From positions 8,068 to 72,067 of the IMG/VR virus record IMGVR_UViG_3300025449_000010: 64,000 nt of DNA; one strand, 5' to 3'. A program made the translations under genes and the position numbers. Under the pieces are notes generated by a model. The model saw only the letters and a list, made by a program, of their open reading frames with translations, did not search any database and was not told the DNA's origin. Below are positions 19,302-29,610 of this stretch, one piece after another. This DNA is from a virus. Positions within the stretch are counted from its first letter, which is position 1; each line of letters begins with the position of its first letter.

Positions 19302-21965
19302 ATGGCTACAATTCCTTCAGTAAATTTTATAGAGCAGGCTTCGTCTACCCAACCAATTCAAACTGGTGTTCGTAACAGAGTTCTAGTAATTGGTGAGTTT
19401 GACAGAGGCCCCCTTGGTCCTACTTATATTGGCGGCGCTTCTGACTTTGCTGTCCGATATGGAGCTGACCCCACTAACAACGGTTCTCTAGGTGTACAGG
19501 CAATACTAGATCAAGGAGCAGTCAATATAGCTGCCCTACGTGTAATAGGTAATGAAAGACGTGCCTATGGTCAATTTAACATTACAGGAGTTGCCACCAG
19601 TGCTCCAGGCACAAACTATGATAGTCAGCAATTAAGTCTATTAGCCAGCACTATTGGCAATGTAGTTCCTAACTTAAACACAGTACTTCGTACTGATATT
19701 GAAGCCTCAGGACGTTATACAGGGTCTACCAGTAGCGTCTATAACTTCTACGTAGCCACTAACTTCAACTCCACAGCAGTGACTGGCTATGTTCTCAAGG
19801 CTGCAGTTGGATCTACTCCAGCAGTAACTGTCAATATTCCTGCCAATAGCTGGCTGTTGACCTATGTAAATAATGATCCAGACGCAGGTCAACTCAGCTC
19901 CAGTGATTTTGTAGGTGCAACTAACTATATCCTAGTTACAGCTCCCAGTAATCTGGCCTCAGCTCCACTGAGTGTAGCCACCACCGTATATGGAGTTAAT
20001 GCCACCTATCCTACACCGACTTCTGGAGGTATTGATGGGCTTGGCTTAACGTTGGGATTCAGTATTCAGACTTCTCTAGATCTAGTTCAAGGTCAGATAT
20101 TCAGCGTAACTGCATCTAATTTTAATTCACTATTCACCCCTATTAAAGTAGTTCCTAACACTACTAATGAGGTTCTTTTTAACCTTATTCAGTCTAATTG
20201 GCAGAATACTGGACCAATTGGAAATATATCTCTAGCATCCAGTAGTCATAGCAATGGTTACATATATGCAAGTAACAGATATCCAGGACAATATGGTAAC
20301 AACCTGAGCTACAGTCTTCAATTTGCAGTTCCAGATGGGACAGTTAAAGCCTCAGTTACATCTACCTATACAGCAGCAACTGGTAACACTGCAGCTAGCT
20401 ATACATTGACATTGGCTAATACATCTCTAACTCAATATATCCGACCAGGAGCTACTGTCTCAGATGGCGGCACTAATATTAACATTAATGCTCCGACAGT
20501 TACCTCAATTAACTCTGCAACTGGAGTAATTACACTCTCTGGAGGATTGACTGCCTCCATAAGCACAGCCTTCGCAGTTACCTTCACCAACACCAGCGGA
20601 CTTAGCATTGCACAGGTTAATGCTAATAATAACGGTTTTTCAACTTTTACCAGCGGTATTGACGGACCTAAATATGCAACTAGAGACCTATACAATATTC
20701 AGGGTATAAAACTTATAACCTTGATAGCAGTATCTCCTGGTATATGGGCTAATGACCTAAGCATATCCATTACTAACGCCTCTAATCCAGGACAATTTAT
20801 TATTAACATTGTTGATAACAATGCTAATAATTTTAATCCACCACTAAATGCAGAATCATTTACAGTTAATATCAGTAATTTTAGTCAAACTGATGGTAGC
20901 TTAATTGATTTAAATGGTTCTAATTACATCAGAGGATTCTTTGTTCCCTATTTAACTAACGGAACTAATTATACTGCATCTCTGATATACGACTGGCCTC
21001 AGAGATTATTACCGCCAATAGCTTCAATCAGAGATACTCTAGATTTAGCTAATCCTGTAAACTATGGAAAAACTATTCTTACCAATTTTAATTTACAAAA
21101 CGGTAATAATGGTCCTATTATTCAGAACAGCGATTACTACGCGGCCATAGATCAGTCCTATAAAATACCTGTTCATATCATAGTAACTCCAGGCGTTACA
21201 GATATAGGGGTACAGTCGGCATTGATTGCGCATTGTGAAGCTAGCACTGAATTAGAGCAGCTACGTGTATGTATATTACAGGCTCCTAGATTTTTAAAAC
21301 CTGAGCAAGCCAAGGCGATTACCTCTTCATTATCCTCAGCTCGCGCTGTAATGGTAGTAGGTTGGGGTACCTATAGAGGTTCTGCTCTAGATTACGGTAA
21401 CTACAATTTACCTTTAGATTCTGTCTTAGCAGGTAGATTAAGTGCGTTGCCCTTTTACGTTAATACAGCAGCTAGAAGATCTTCAGGTCCAATTGGCTCT
21501 ATATATGCCTGCGATACGGATCCATATGCGACCTATAGCCAACTACAGGTCTACGCAGCAGCTAATTTAGAAGTAGTAGCAAGAGATCCCAGTACTCAAG
21601 GTTATTATTTCTTCACAGGAGCATCGCTCTCTCCTAGTCCAGATTTAAACCACATAAGTTATCGAAGAGCCTATGACATAATCAGAATGGATTTGTATGA
21701 TAACCTGCAAACATACAAATCAGAACCTCTGACATCTACTCTGGTAACTTTGGTAACTGGAGCAATCAATGCCTATATGAACAATAAGCTTAATTCTGGA
21801 CAAATAGCTTATTTCAATAATAGTAGTACTAGCGTCAACGCAGGTAATACTCCAAATACATTGGCAGTTTCATTTAGTTTTGCACCGTTAGGTTCTGCTG
21901 ATTCTATTACGGTGTATATACAACGTGATGCCAGTGGTCAGTTTATAAATTCATCTTCAAGATAG
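19302..21965 (+). CDS. Contractile tail sheath protein
   Basis: N-terminal P.V...E....I......IGEFDRGP.GP; SPG.WAN; C-terminal ISYRR..D.I and 'VSFSFAP...ADSI.V'; large internal insertions. Confidence 0.92.
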   Translation: MATIPSVNFIEQASSTQPIQTGVRNRVLVIGEFDRGPLGPTYIGGASDFAVRYGADPTNNGSLGVQAILDQGAVNIAALRVIGNERRAYGQFNITGVATSAPGTNYDSQQLSLLASTIGNVVPNLNTVLRTDIEASGRYTGSTSSVYNFYVATNFNSTAVTGYVLKAAVGSTPAVTVNIPANSWLLTYVNNDPDAGQLSSSDFVGATNYILVTAPSNLASAPLSVATTVYGVNATYPTPTSGGIDGLGLTLGFSIQTSLDLVQGQIFSVTASNFNSLFTPIKVVPNTTNEVLFNLIQSNWQNTGPIGNISLASSSHSNGYIYASNRYPGQYGNNLSYSLQFAVPDGTVKASVTSTYTAATGNTAASYTLTLANTSLTQYIRPGATVSDGGTNININAPTVTSINSATGVITLSGGLTASISTAFAVTFTNTSGLSIAQVNANNNGFSTFTSGIDGPKYATRDLYNIQGIKLITLIAVSPGIWANDLSISITNASNPGQFIINIVDNNANNFNPPLNAESFTVNISNFSQTDGSLIDLNGSNYIRGFFVPYLTNGTNYTASLIYDWPQRLLPPIASIRDTLDLANPVNYGKTILTNFNLQNGNNGPIIQNSDYYAAIDQSYKIPVHIIVTPGVTDIGVQSALIAHCEASTELEQLRVCILQAPRFLKPEQAKAITSSLSSARAVMVVGWGTYRGSALDYGNYNLPLDSVLAGRLSALPFYVNTAARRSSGPIGSIYACDTDPYATYSQLQVYAAANLEVVARDPSTQGYYFFTGASLSPSPDLNHISYRRAYDIIRMDLYDNLQTYKSEPLTSTLVTLVTGAINAYMNNKLNSGQIAYFNNSSTSVNAGNTPNTLAVSFSFAPLGSADSITVYIQRDASGQFINSSSR

Positions 21966-21975
21966 GAAAAAATAC

Positions 21976-22845
21976 ATGACCAACACACAGAAATCGACAT
22001 ACAACTACTTTGAATCTGCACCAGTAGATAATGCCGGTTTAGATCCAGTACAGGGTTTTGATATTGAAGTCTGGGCACAAGATACTGTAACAGGTGCTAT
22101 CGCCTTATTTGGCAGATTTCAAACTATAACTCTCAGCGTACGTGATGCCACAGAGACCTATCTATGTCTAGGTGAACGTATGCCTACCTATCTCAATGGT
22201 GAAATACAAATTGCATGGGTATTAGAGCAAGGATTAGTCGATATTAACTTTCTGAATCGTACTTTCGGATTATCCTCTATGACTCGTTCGAATCATATAT
22301 CACGTGGACCTCGTTTTCAAATATCATTCGATGTATCTGCAGCTGAATTAGATATATGGACAGAAACAGGAAGTAGTGGAAGAACACAAAATACCAATGC
22401 CAGCGATTTATTTGGAACTACTAACACTATTAACAGTGATTGGCAATTTCAAGGCGGATATGGAGGAGGAACAACTAACCGTCTGAATAACGTACAAGTT
22501 CCTACTACTGTCAGAACTCAAGGACGTATTGAATTACAGAGATGTAAGGTAGATTCTATCTCAATGGGCGCTATGTCAGGTAGGAGAGCAGCAGCTCTTC
22601 GCTGGGAAGGTGTTGCTGAAGGATGGGTTTCAAGTATTAATACACTGCAAACTTACAGAGCTACTAACCTCTCGAATCAGGTAAATGATCTGCCACCTAC
22701 TGCCTATCAAGGTTTTGATCAGACACAAATAGCTGGTGCTGCTGCTCAAGGAAATACAGGACAAGAAGGAGTTATATTTGCGCCTGGAACAGTTACTAGT
22801 AATAGTAATGCTACATTACCTCCCACAGTTGTTAATCTTTACTAA
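21976..22845 (+). CDS. Tail tube protein
   Basis: Follows the sheath gene; 'Y..LGE..P..L.GE..I...LE.G' and 'L..CK' tube-type patterns. Confidence 0.75.
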   Translation: MTNTQKSTYNYFESAPVDNAGLDPVQGFDIEVWAQDTVTGAIALFGRFQTITLSVRDATETYLCLGERMPTYLNGEIQIAWVLEQGLVDINFLNRTFGLSSMTRSNHISRGPRFQISFDVSAAELDIWTETGSSGRTQNTNASDLFGTTNTINSDWQFQGGYGGGTTNRLNNVQVPTTVRTQGRIELQRCKVDSISMGAMSGRRAAALRWEGVAEGWVSSINTLQTYRATNLSNQVNDLPPTAYQGFDQTQIAGAAAQGNTGQEGVIFAPGTVTSNSNATLPPTVVNLY

Positions 22846-23041
22846 TGTTCTTCTGCCAGCCCAAGGTAGATAAGCTCTCAGGACTGGGGAAGATACTGGG
22901 CTGGTCTATCAGTGAGGAACGCTATCACAGTGCTGCTGGTATCAAGCTGTTCTAGGAACTAGCTGCTGAGCAGGGTAGATTGACAGATAGTCAGATACTC
23001 CTGTTGGTTAAGACTGCATACAAATAGCTCAATATAATAAA

Positions 23042-23069
23042 GAGGCTGGAATACCAGCTTCTTTTTTTT
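23042..23069 (+). terminator. Intrinsic terminator abutting the hub start codon
   Basis: GAGGCTGG-aata-CCAGCTTC followed by T8, then ATG at 23070. Confidence 0.75.
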
Positions 23070-25118
23070 ATGAAAATATATACTCCAGAAGCACCAATAC
23101 CGGCTGCAGTAGTTACCCTGGCATCCGGTAAGGATCAGAGGCAATGTGCTCAGCCTATTATATTTAGTACATTACCTGGTGCCGCCCCCTATAGCAATAC
23201 AGCACCATGGATGATTAAATCAGTAGATGTCACCCTACTGAGAGACTGGAACTGCGGTCAGTTCAGTCTACTGCTGGCAATTCCCATGGGAGAAAAACTG
23301 GGTGCTGTACCCAAGATGCCCGATGTCAGTCAGTGGCGAGGACCCAAGAACAGCAAGGATGGTTATGTATATCTATCTCCAGAGGATGAAATACGGATAT
23401 ACATGGGATATGTGCCACCAGGTACTGCGGAAATTACATATGACATGCTAGACTCAGTTCCCTTCACAGTGAAGGCCCATGATACGTATACCAGCGATCA
23501 AGTAGGCAAGACCCAGTCTCCTGCTATAAACTCTTCTCCAGATAAACCCCTGGCACCTGTCTTCTGGGGTTTCATAGATAGAATAGACTACATGATGGAT
23601 GAGAAGGGTATTCAGTGTTTCATACAGGGTCGTGATAGAGTACGCGCCCTTATGGACACTAAAATACTTAATATAGATGCCTTCACAGGTTCTAGTGACA
23701 TAGCTGAAATAGGTGGAAGTAAGACAGGAAGACGTGAACAGATATTATTAGATGTAGCCAATGCTGCGGTAGGGAGTGTCTTAACTGGCGAAATAACTCT
23801 AAATGATCTTAAAAATACTCCCGGCTGCTGGCGTTATATAGTCAGGGGATATGAATTTCTGGGTTATCCATACGATAGCAGCACGGATAAGGCAAAAAAT
23901 AGCAATAAATATCAAAAGACCAATATCAACGATAGTTCAGATAGTGCAGCTCAGACAAGTGTTAGTCGCAATTTAATACCTGTTGAGGGTCCAGCACTGT
24001 GGTCTCTGACAGCATCAATGAGTCAAATACCAGATGCAGCCTCCGCCACTGAGACATCTAGTATTAAATTTCATAGATGGGTGCAACGTCCACCTATTCA
24101 GAAGGGTGTAGGAGGCGTATATGAGGTATTCAATAAGATTCCACTGGAGATTATTCACTATCTAGCCAATACTGAGGACAGTGTTACAGACTTCTACTGC
24201 AGCCATGTCAATGGGGAATTTGTCTTTGCTCCATCATTCCTAGACATCAGTGGATTGCAAGATGAAGAGCGCAATTACCGTACCTACTACTTCTTAACCT
24301 CTCCTACTGGAAATTCTCCCTCCGCTGCTCAGATGATTAAAAAACTGAGAGCCAGCACTACCAGTCTGGGTATGTATAATCGCTTCGCTGTCTTAGCATC
24401 TGGAAACAGTCAGGCAAGTGGCAGTACTGTCAATGATCTTAAAGCCATACTAGATGCCTCACCTAATCTACTGAAGGGACGAGATGTTAATCCTCCCTGC
24501 CGCACTGTTGTAATACCTGAAGATAATCTAGATCAAGCGCAATCAGTAACTGCCAATGCCATGAGCATGGCACTCAGCTATGCAGAAGTAATGGCCAGGG
24601 ATTCATCTGGAGTTGCCTTCACCATAATGGGAGATCCAACTTTCTTCCCAGGGGAAGCCGTAATTATATACAATACAGGTCTACATGACGATGGAGTAGA
24701 GGTAGCAGATATATCTAAAACTACTCTGGGTATAGATTACTCTAAGTCAGTAATAAATTTTACACAGAACATCAACAGTCTCCTACCCCAGGGTACAGGT
24801 GAAGGTAATGGGGATAAGAATGTTACCAATCCCTTCCTGGTGTCAGCACTGAGTAATAAATTGGGTAAGGGAAAGTTGGATACTACTAATCCGTACAGTA
24901 AAGCTATAACCTGGGCACAGGGTGCTATCACATCTCCTGACATGAAAGATACCTCAGGTAAATCAACTGGTGTAGCAGGTCCACTGGCTGTAGACAGAAA
25001 CACGACTAATTCGAGTTGTCCACCTGTATATAAAATACGCTCTATCCGCCATGTATTAACTACAGCTGGATCTGATGCTGGATTTACAACTAGCCTATTG
25101 GGTACTACAGAGCTATGA
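23070..25118 (+). CDS. Baseplate hub protein (T4 gp27/Mu gp44/P2 gpD-like)
   Basis: VFWGFIDRI..IQGRD; GDP...PGE.V.I; Y.I.SIRH...GFTT.L. Confidence 0.78.
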   Translation: MKIYTPEAPIPAAVVTLASGKDQRQCAQPIIFSTLPGAAPYSNTAPWMIKSVDVTLLRDWNCGQFSLLLAIPMGEKLGAVPKMPDVSQWRGPKNSKDGYVYLSPEDEIRIYMGYVPPGTAEITYDMLDSVPFTVKAHDTYTSDQVGKTQSPAINSSPDKPLAPVFWGFIDRIDYMMDEKGIQCFIQGRDRVRALMDTKILNIDAFTGSSDIAEIGGSKTGRREQILLDVANAAVGSVLTGEITLNDLKNTPGCWRYIVRGYEFLGYPYDSSTDKAKNSNKYQKTNINDSSDSAAQTSVSRNLIPVEGPALWSLTASMSQIPDAASATETSSIKFHRWVQRPPIQKGVGGVYEVFNKIPLEIIHYLANTEDSVTDFYCSHVNGEFVFAPSFLDISGLQDEERNYRTYYFLTSPTGNSPSAAQMIKKLRASTTSLGMYNRFAVLASGNSQASGSTVNDLKAILDASPNLLKGRDVNPPCRTVVIPEDNLDQAQSVTANAMSMALSYAEVMARDSSGVAFTIMGDPTFFPGEAVIIYNTGLHDDGVEVADISKTTLGIDYSKSVINFTQNINSLLPQGTGEGNGDKNVTNPFLVSALSNKLGKGKLDTTNPYSKAITWAQGAITSPDMKDTSGKSTGVAGPLAVDRNTTNSSCPPVYKIRSIRHVLTTAGSDAGFTTSLLGTTEL

Positions 25119-27034
25119 GCAGTCTACTATCCTATGCAGAGAGTAATGCCTTCCGTTCTCAAAATAGCGTTAACTACTCCATACCCCAGGTTAAGGAGGC
25201 CTATGCAGGACTCACCTATGGTATAGTTCAGGCCTGCACCAGAGAAAACCATGCGCTCCAGGTCTATGATGTGATGCTGATGGAGGCAGGTGGAACTACC
25301 ATATCTGCAGTTGCAATCAGCAGTATCACTGGTGGGGGCGGCGCCGGCGAATTTCGCAGACTACGTAAGGGCGATGTGGCTATAGTTGGATTCAGGAAGG
25401 GCAACCTGAATGAGGGCTACATACTGGGAATACAGGCTGAAATACCTGGTAACTACAGTAATAGACTCAACCTGGGCTACATACCTCCAATCAGTGCTCA
25501 GTCCAGCAGCAGTGATCCCAAGTGGGGCACATCCACCTACAACACCAATGACCATGCCTCATTCCTGACTCATGGAATAGATGGACACTGGAATGGCTAC
25601 AGCTCATATTTCAATGGTACCTATGATGATCCACAGAATCACACCAGTCCAGTGGATGCCAAGACAGCATCACCTCAGTTCTCTGGGGTAGACTACCGTA
25701 TCAATGGTGACAAGGTAACCTACTGCAATGGAGCCAATATAACCTATGCAGAGAGCAATATATCTGTGCTTCAGGGTACAACTGAGACTATTCAGACTCG
25801 CCTACTCAGTTTTGCCCGCTACTACTGTGACAGAGCTGCTGCCTATGTCGGCGGCACTCCCCTGACCATAGATGCAAACACCACCAGTCAGCAGGTCAAG
25901 GATCAGATAGCACCTCTGACTAAATCTCCAGCTGTCCCCACCATAGCCCCATCTGGGCTAGTTGGACGTGGGTTTTTCAGCCAGGCTCATCTGGCCATGC
26001 GGGAACTAGACCTATGTGCCGCCTTCATAGATGAGGCTCGTAATGCTGCTGCCTGCGGTGCAGTTCAGCAGGCCACCCTGGCTAACATGTCTAATTCAGC
26101 TGCTAATCCCACCAACCCCAGCAATCCTAATACCCCACTCAATGTGGCAGCAGGTAATTTCAAGGCCTTCCTGAATACTGCTGTTCATGGATCAGTGCAT
26201 CCTACAGATGGACAGAATCAGGTAAATCAAGACACTACAGGAGGTATGTGGTCTACTACTGGCAGACTGCAGTCTGTAACTAACAATATAATCATAGCCC
26301 CAGGGCATGCCGGTAACTGTGATGCTTCTGCCAATGGCTGCCTATATTATGCTCCTCTTAACAGGGGAACACATAATTATAGTAGTATAAAATGGGGAAA
26401 TGGTGCAAACGGAGCATTACAGACTGATGTCACGTATATAGGTCATAATCGAACCCTGGAGAGTGCTATTCTTCAGATGCTCATGCCCTTGATGCAGAAT
26501 GCACTACAGAATGCAGGCTTCAATGTATCCATAGTCAATGTGGATCTGGGACACGACTGGGATGAAGCCTTTGACATAATGCGGCAGAATGCTTCAGGCA
26601 ACAATGCCTTCACCATAGAATTTCACTTCACTGACTATAATGAATCTCAACACAGTGGAGTCTTACCGCCTAATATAGCAACTGGTACAGATAAAACCCT
26701 CAGTGGCAGCGGTATTAGCGCATACGATATAGCATTATCTCAGGGTATAGATGGAATATCTGGATTTGGAGCCTATAGTCAGGACTGGAGAGACACTCTG
26801 GCTGGACCACGCCGTGGAGTTACGCTACTGGAACTAGGAAGAATAAATGATCAGAATCTAGAAACACTGGTCAGAAGTGCCCTGGGAACACCCAATTCTG
26901 CCAGTGCGCAGCAGCAGGTGAATGCAATATTAACCAGCTATTCTACTAAGGTAGCCAGTCTACTACAGGCTACCTATAAACTATACCAATCAAGTACAAC
27001 TACTCCCAGCACTACCATAACTCCTGCCCCCTAA
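25115..27034 (+). CDS. Spike-type OB-fold protein fused to Amidase_3-like N-acetylmuramoyl-L-alanine amidase
   Basis: N-terminal G.V..YDV..G.GEF...KGD.AIVGF..G....YILG (gpV/gp5 OB fold); C-terminal IAPGH..E..IEFH..LLELG (Zn ligands and catalytic Glu). Confidence 0.72.
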   Translation: MSSLLSYAESNAFRSQNSVNYSIPQVKEAYAGLTYGIVQACTRENHALQVYDVMLMEAGGTTISAVAISSITGGGGAGEFRRLRKGDVAIVGFRKGNLNEGYILGIQAEIPGNYSNRLNLGYIPPISAQSSSSDPKWGTSTYNTNDHASFLTHGIDGHWNGYSSYFNGTYDDPQNHTSPVDAKTASPQFSGVDYRINGDKVTYCNGANITYAESNISVLQGTTETIQTRLLSFARYYCDRAAAYVGGTPLTIDANTTSQQVKDQIAPLTKSPAVPTIAPSGLVGRGFFSQAHLAMRELDLCAAFIDEARNAAACGAVQQATLANMSNSAANPTNPSNPNTPLNVAAGNFKAFLNTAVHGSVHPTDGQNQVNQDTTGGMWSTTGRLQSVTNNIIIAPGHAGNCDASANGCLYYAPLNRGTHNYSSIKWGNGANGALQTDVTYIGHNRTLESAILQMLMPLMQNALQNAGFNVSIVNVDLGHDWDEAFDIMRQNASGNNAFTIEFHFTDYNESQHSGVLPPNIATGTDKTLSGSGISAYDIALSQGIDGISGFGAYSQDWRDTLAGPRRGVTLLELGRINDQNLETLVRSALGTPNSASAQQQVNAILTSYSTKVASLLQATYKLYQSSTTTPSTTITPAP

Positions 27035-27627
27035 TGCCTCTTAATTCTGTATACAATCCCATGCACTGGGGCAATTCCACTCCCAGAAAATGTCAGCCGG
27101 AGATAGTGGTATTACATGAAACCAATGTGTCCCTGGATGCTGCCCTGCAGTATCTGCGTAGACCTATCAATACCGGCTACCACTACATAGTTGCAGAATC
27201 CGGTGCCGCCCACCTACTCTGTCCAATAGATCGTCTCATATACGCCGCAACACCCTCTCAACATTCCAGATACGGCAGACACACAGACCTGGTGGCTGTG
27301 CATATAGCACTGGAGACCAGACGGGAGCGTGGCTACAGTGCCGCCCAATATCAGACCCTGTCAGACCTCCTCAATGCCCTGCAGCTCCCATCTGTATTCC
27401 ACAGAGATATACATACTGGCATAGAGCCCCGGCTAGACCCCAGAGACTTTGACTACTCCCTACTGCCAACCAGTGACAATACTGACACAGGAATATACCT
27501 GACTCCTGAGCTAGATGCCATCCTCTATTCAGTCACAGGCACGCATGACCTGAGCTATCTAGACAGTCCAGATATTCCAGTTAAACTAATCCCAGTCAGA
27601 GAATATGCCCTTAACCGATCTAGGTAA
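27034..27627 (+). CDS. Amidase_2 (AmpD/PGRP-like) N-acetylmuramoyl-L-alanine amidase
   Basis: IVVLHET, GYHYIV..G, H..I...R.DP. Confidence 0.82.
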   Translation: MPLNSVYNPMHWGNSTPRKCQPEIVVLHETNVSLDAALQYLRRPINTGYHYIVAESGAAHLLCPIDRLIYAATPSQHSRYGRHTDLVAVHIALETRRERGYSAAQYQTLSDLLNALQLPSVFHRDIHTGIEPRLDPRDFDYSLLPTSDNTDTGIYLTPELDAILYSVTGTHDLSYLDSPDIPVKLIPVREYALNRSR

Positions 27628-28993
27628 TGCCGTCATCAATAAGGCAGCTCAGCTCCCCTCCACCTGCCCTAACGGCGGACAGGGTCAGATGAAATTACCT
27701 GCAGACCAGGTAGAACAGGTCAGGTCTAACATCAATGCCCTGGCTGATAAGTATGGATGCTCAGCAGATGGACTGACTGCCATCATCGTCAATGAATGTA
27801 GTTTCGACTACAGGGAATGGGGTGGGAGCGGGGGCGTCTACTTCGGTTATTTCCAGTGGTGTTCATCCAACAGCGGTGACTGTGCAGGTGAATGGGTCAG
27901 GACTGGACTAGCCCGACTGGGACAGAGTCAGCAGATAAATAGTATAGCCACAGTCAACGGTGCCGCCCAGACTGCCCCAGGAGGCCCATGTGACAACTAC
28001 CTGAGCTACAATATAGCGCAGTGTAAGGGAATCAATACCGCAGATATTGCCAGCATATACCTATTAATTCTCTCACCAGCCTACTGTAACTACGGCGATA
28101 CCACGCCACTGCCAATAGCGGGACAGCAGTCACCTAACCTATACGACAGTAATGGGCATATAACCAAGGTTCAGATCAGAGCTGCCCTGGAGAAGGGTGC
28201 TCAGGACTTCACTAAAAGCACAGCATCTCTGGGAACTGGGTCTGGAGTGAATAACGGTGCAGGTACCTACTCCAGTGGGAACAGTGCTGGCTCTAGCTCT
28301 ATTCCAGTTATATACTTCAATCCCACCCCAGTAGATCCCTACTACCCCACCAAGGTAATCTGGCAGGGAAGATCCGTCAACAAGATAGTCAGGGCAGCAG
28401 GTGGAGGTAATCTGACCTATCCCGGCGCCGCCCCTCCATCCAGTCCAACTGCAGGACAGGGTAACTCCACATCACTGGGTAAGAATATACCTGCAATGCC
28501 AGCAGGCTTCGTACCCACTCCTGCAACCAAGGGCAGCTTCGGAGATCCCCTACCCCAGCCCTACATAGTGACCAGTGAGTTTGGCGTGAACCGGGGAACC
28601 CATATACATGCAGGATTAGACCTGGTACCATCATCAAGAAATATATTCGAGACACCGGTACTGAGCGCCACATCAGGTGTAGTAATCAGTGCAGGCTATG
28701 AAGCGGACTACACTAATCCCAGAGGAACAACAAGATGCGATGCCATGTATGCTGGAAAGGGCTTCGGTAGCTTAATTACTGTATACACCTACAATACAGC
28801 TCCAGGTGCTCCTGCCTATATACTGTATGGACATGTTCTCAGATGGGATGTGAAGGCTGGAGATATAGTAACTAAGGGACAACCAATAGGACTCGTAGGC
28901 TGTGAGGGCGATTCCACTGGAGCTCATCTACACTTCCAGGTCAATGATTCCAACAATACCCCCATCAATCCCCATAACTACCTGTCGACATGA
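27605..28993 (+). CDS. Lysozyme-like (SLT-type) domain + M23 metallopeptidase
   Basis: AII.NE.SF...GYFQ at the N-terminus; HAGLD (HxxxD), YGH and STGAHLHF (HxH) at the C-terminus. Confidence 0.82.
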   Translation: MPLTDLGNAVINKAAQLPSTCPNGGQGQMKLPADQVEQVRSNINALADKYGCSADGLTAIIVNECSFDYREWGGSGGVYFGYFQWCSSNSGDCAGEWVRTGLARLGQSQQINSIATVNGAAQTAPGGPCDNYLSYNIAQCKGINTADIASIYLLILSPAYCNYGDTTPLPIAGQQSPNLYDSNGHITKVQIRAALEKGAQDFTKSTASLGTGSGVNNGAGTYSSGNSAGSSSIPVIYFNPTPVDPYYPTKVIWQGRSVNKIVRAAGGGNLTYPGAAPPSSPTAGQGNSTSLGKNIPAMPAGFVPTPATKGSFGDPLPQPYIVTSEFGVNRGTHIHAGLDLVPSSRNIFETPVLSATSGVVISAGYEADYTNPRGTTRCDAMYAGKGFGSLITVYTYNTAPGAPAYILYGHVLRWDVKAGDIVTKGQPIGLVGCEGDSTGAHLHFQVNDSNNTPINPHNYLST

Positions 28994-29610
28994 GATCAGC
29001 AGTAACTAACTATGCCGCTTTCTACAGTAATGATCCCAGCTATGACATGGATCACCTGGTCAGCCTGTCTGGGGGCGGCGCCGCCCAGGCATCCCTATTC
29101 AGTCAGCTCCTATCCTGGAATCTGACAGATGGGAATACAGGCTACCAGGACACCAATGCAGCCAAGGTGATGGCCATCACCCTGCCTCGTCAGATGAGAA
29201 TAGCCATGCTGGGACTGTTGACCATGGTGGAGCTGAATATAGTAGCCAATAACTCCTCCATATCCTATATAGGCAGCACACCTGATCAACTCTATATACT
29301 CCAGGAGTCTATTCTCAATGAGATACCTAACCCGATAGTATCCAATATGCTCTCCGATGTAGGAAGTAACTATACAGAGCTAATGAACTATCTGTCTCTG
29401 GCGGCGCCGCCCACCACCTCTACCCCATACAGCGCAGTTAATAGCCTATTTCAACAGGCCAATTACAGTAATGATACCTATATGGGCATGGCAGTTAACA
29501 GTGATAATGTCACAGCAGCAGGACTACTCTGGGAATATTTTAACTACCCCAATCAGTTACTGCCCACTGTTCAGAACATAGTATCCACATATATCAGCAA
29601 TACCCGATGA
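28990..29610 (+). CDS. Hypothetical (tail/baseplate region) protein
   Basis: 206-aa ORF with ATGA overlaps on both sides. Confidence 0.6.
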   Translation: MRSAVTNYAAFYSNDPSYDMDHLVSLSGGGAAQASLFSQLLSWNLTDGNTGYQDTNAAKVMAITLPRQMRIAMLGLLTMVELNIVANNSSISYIGSTPDQLYILQESILNEIPNPIVSNMLSDVGSNYTELMNYLSLAAPPTTSTPYSAVNSLFQQANYSNDTYMGMAVNSDNVTAAGLLWEYFNYPNQLLPTVQNIVSTYISNTR

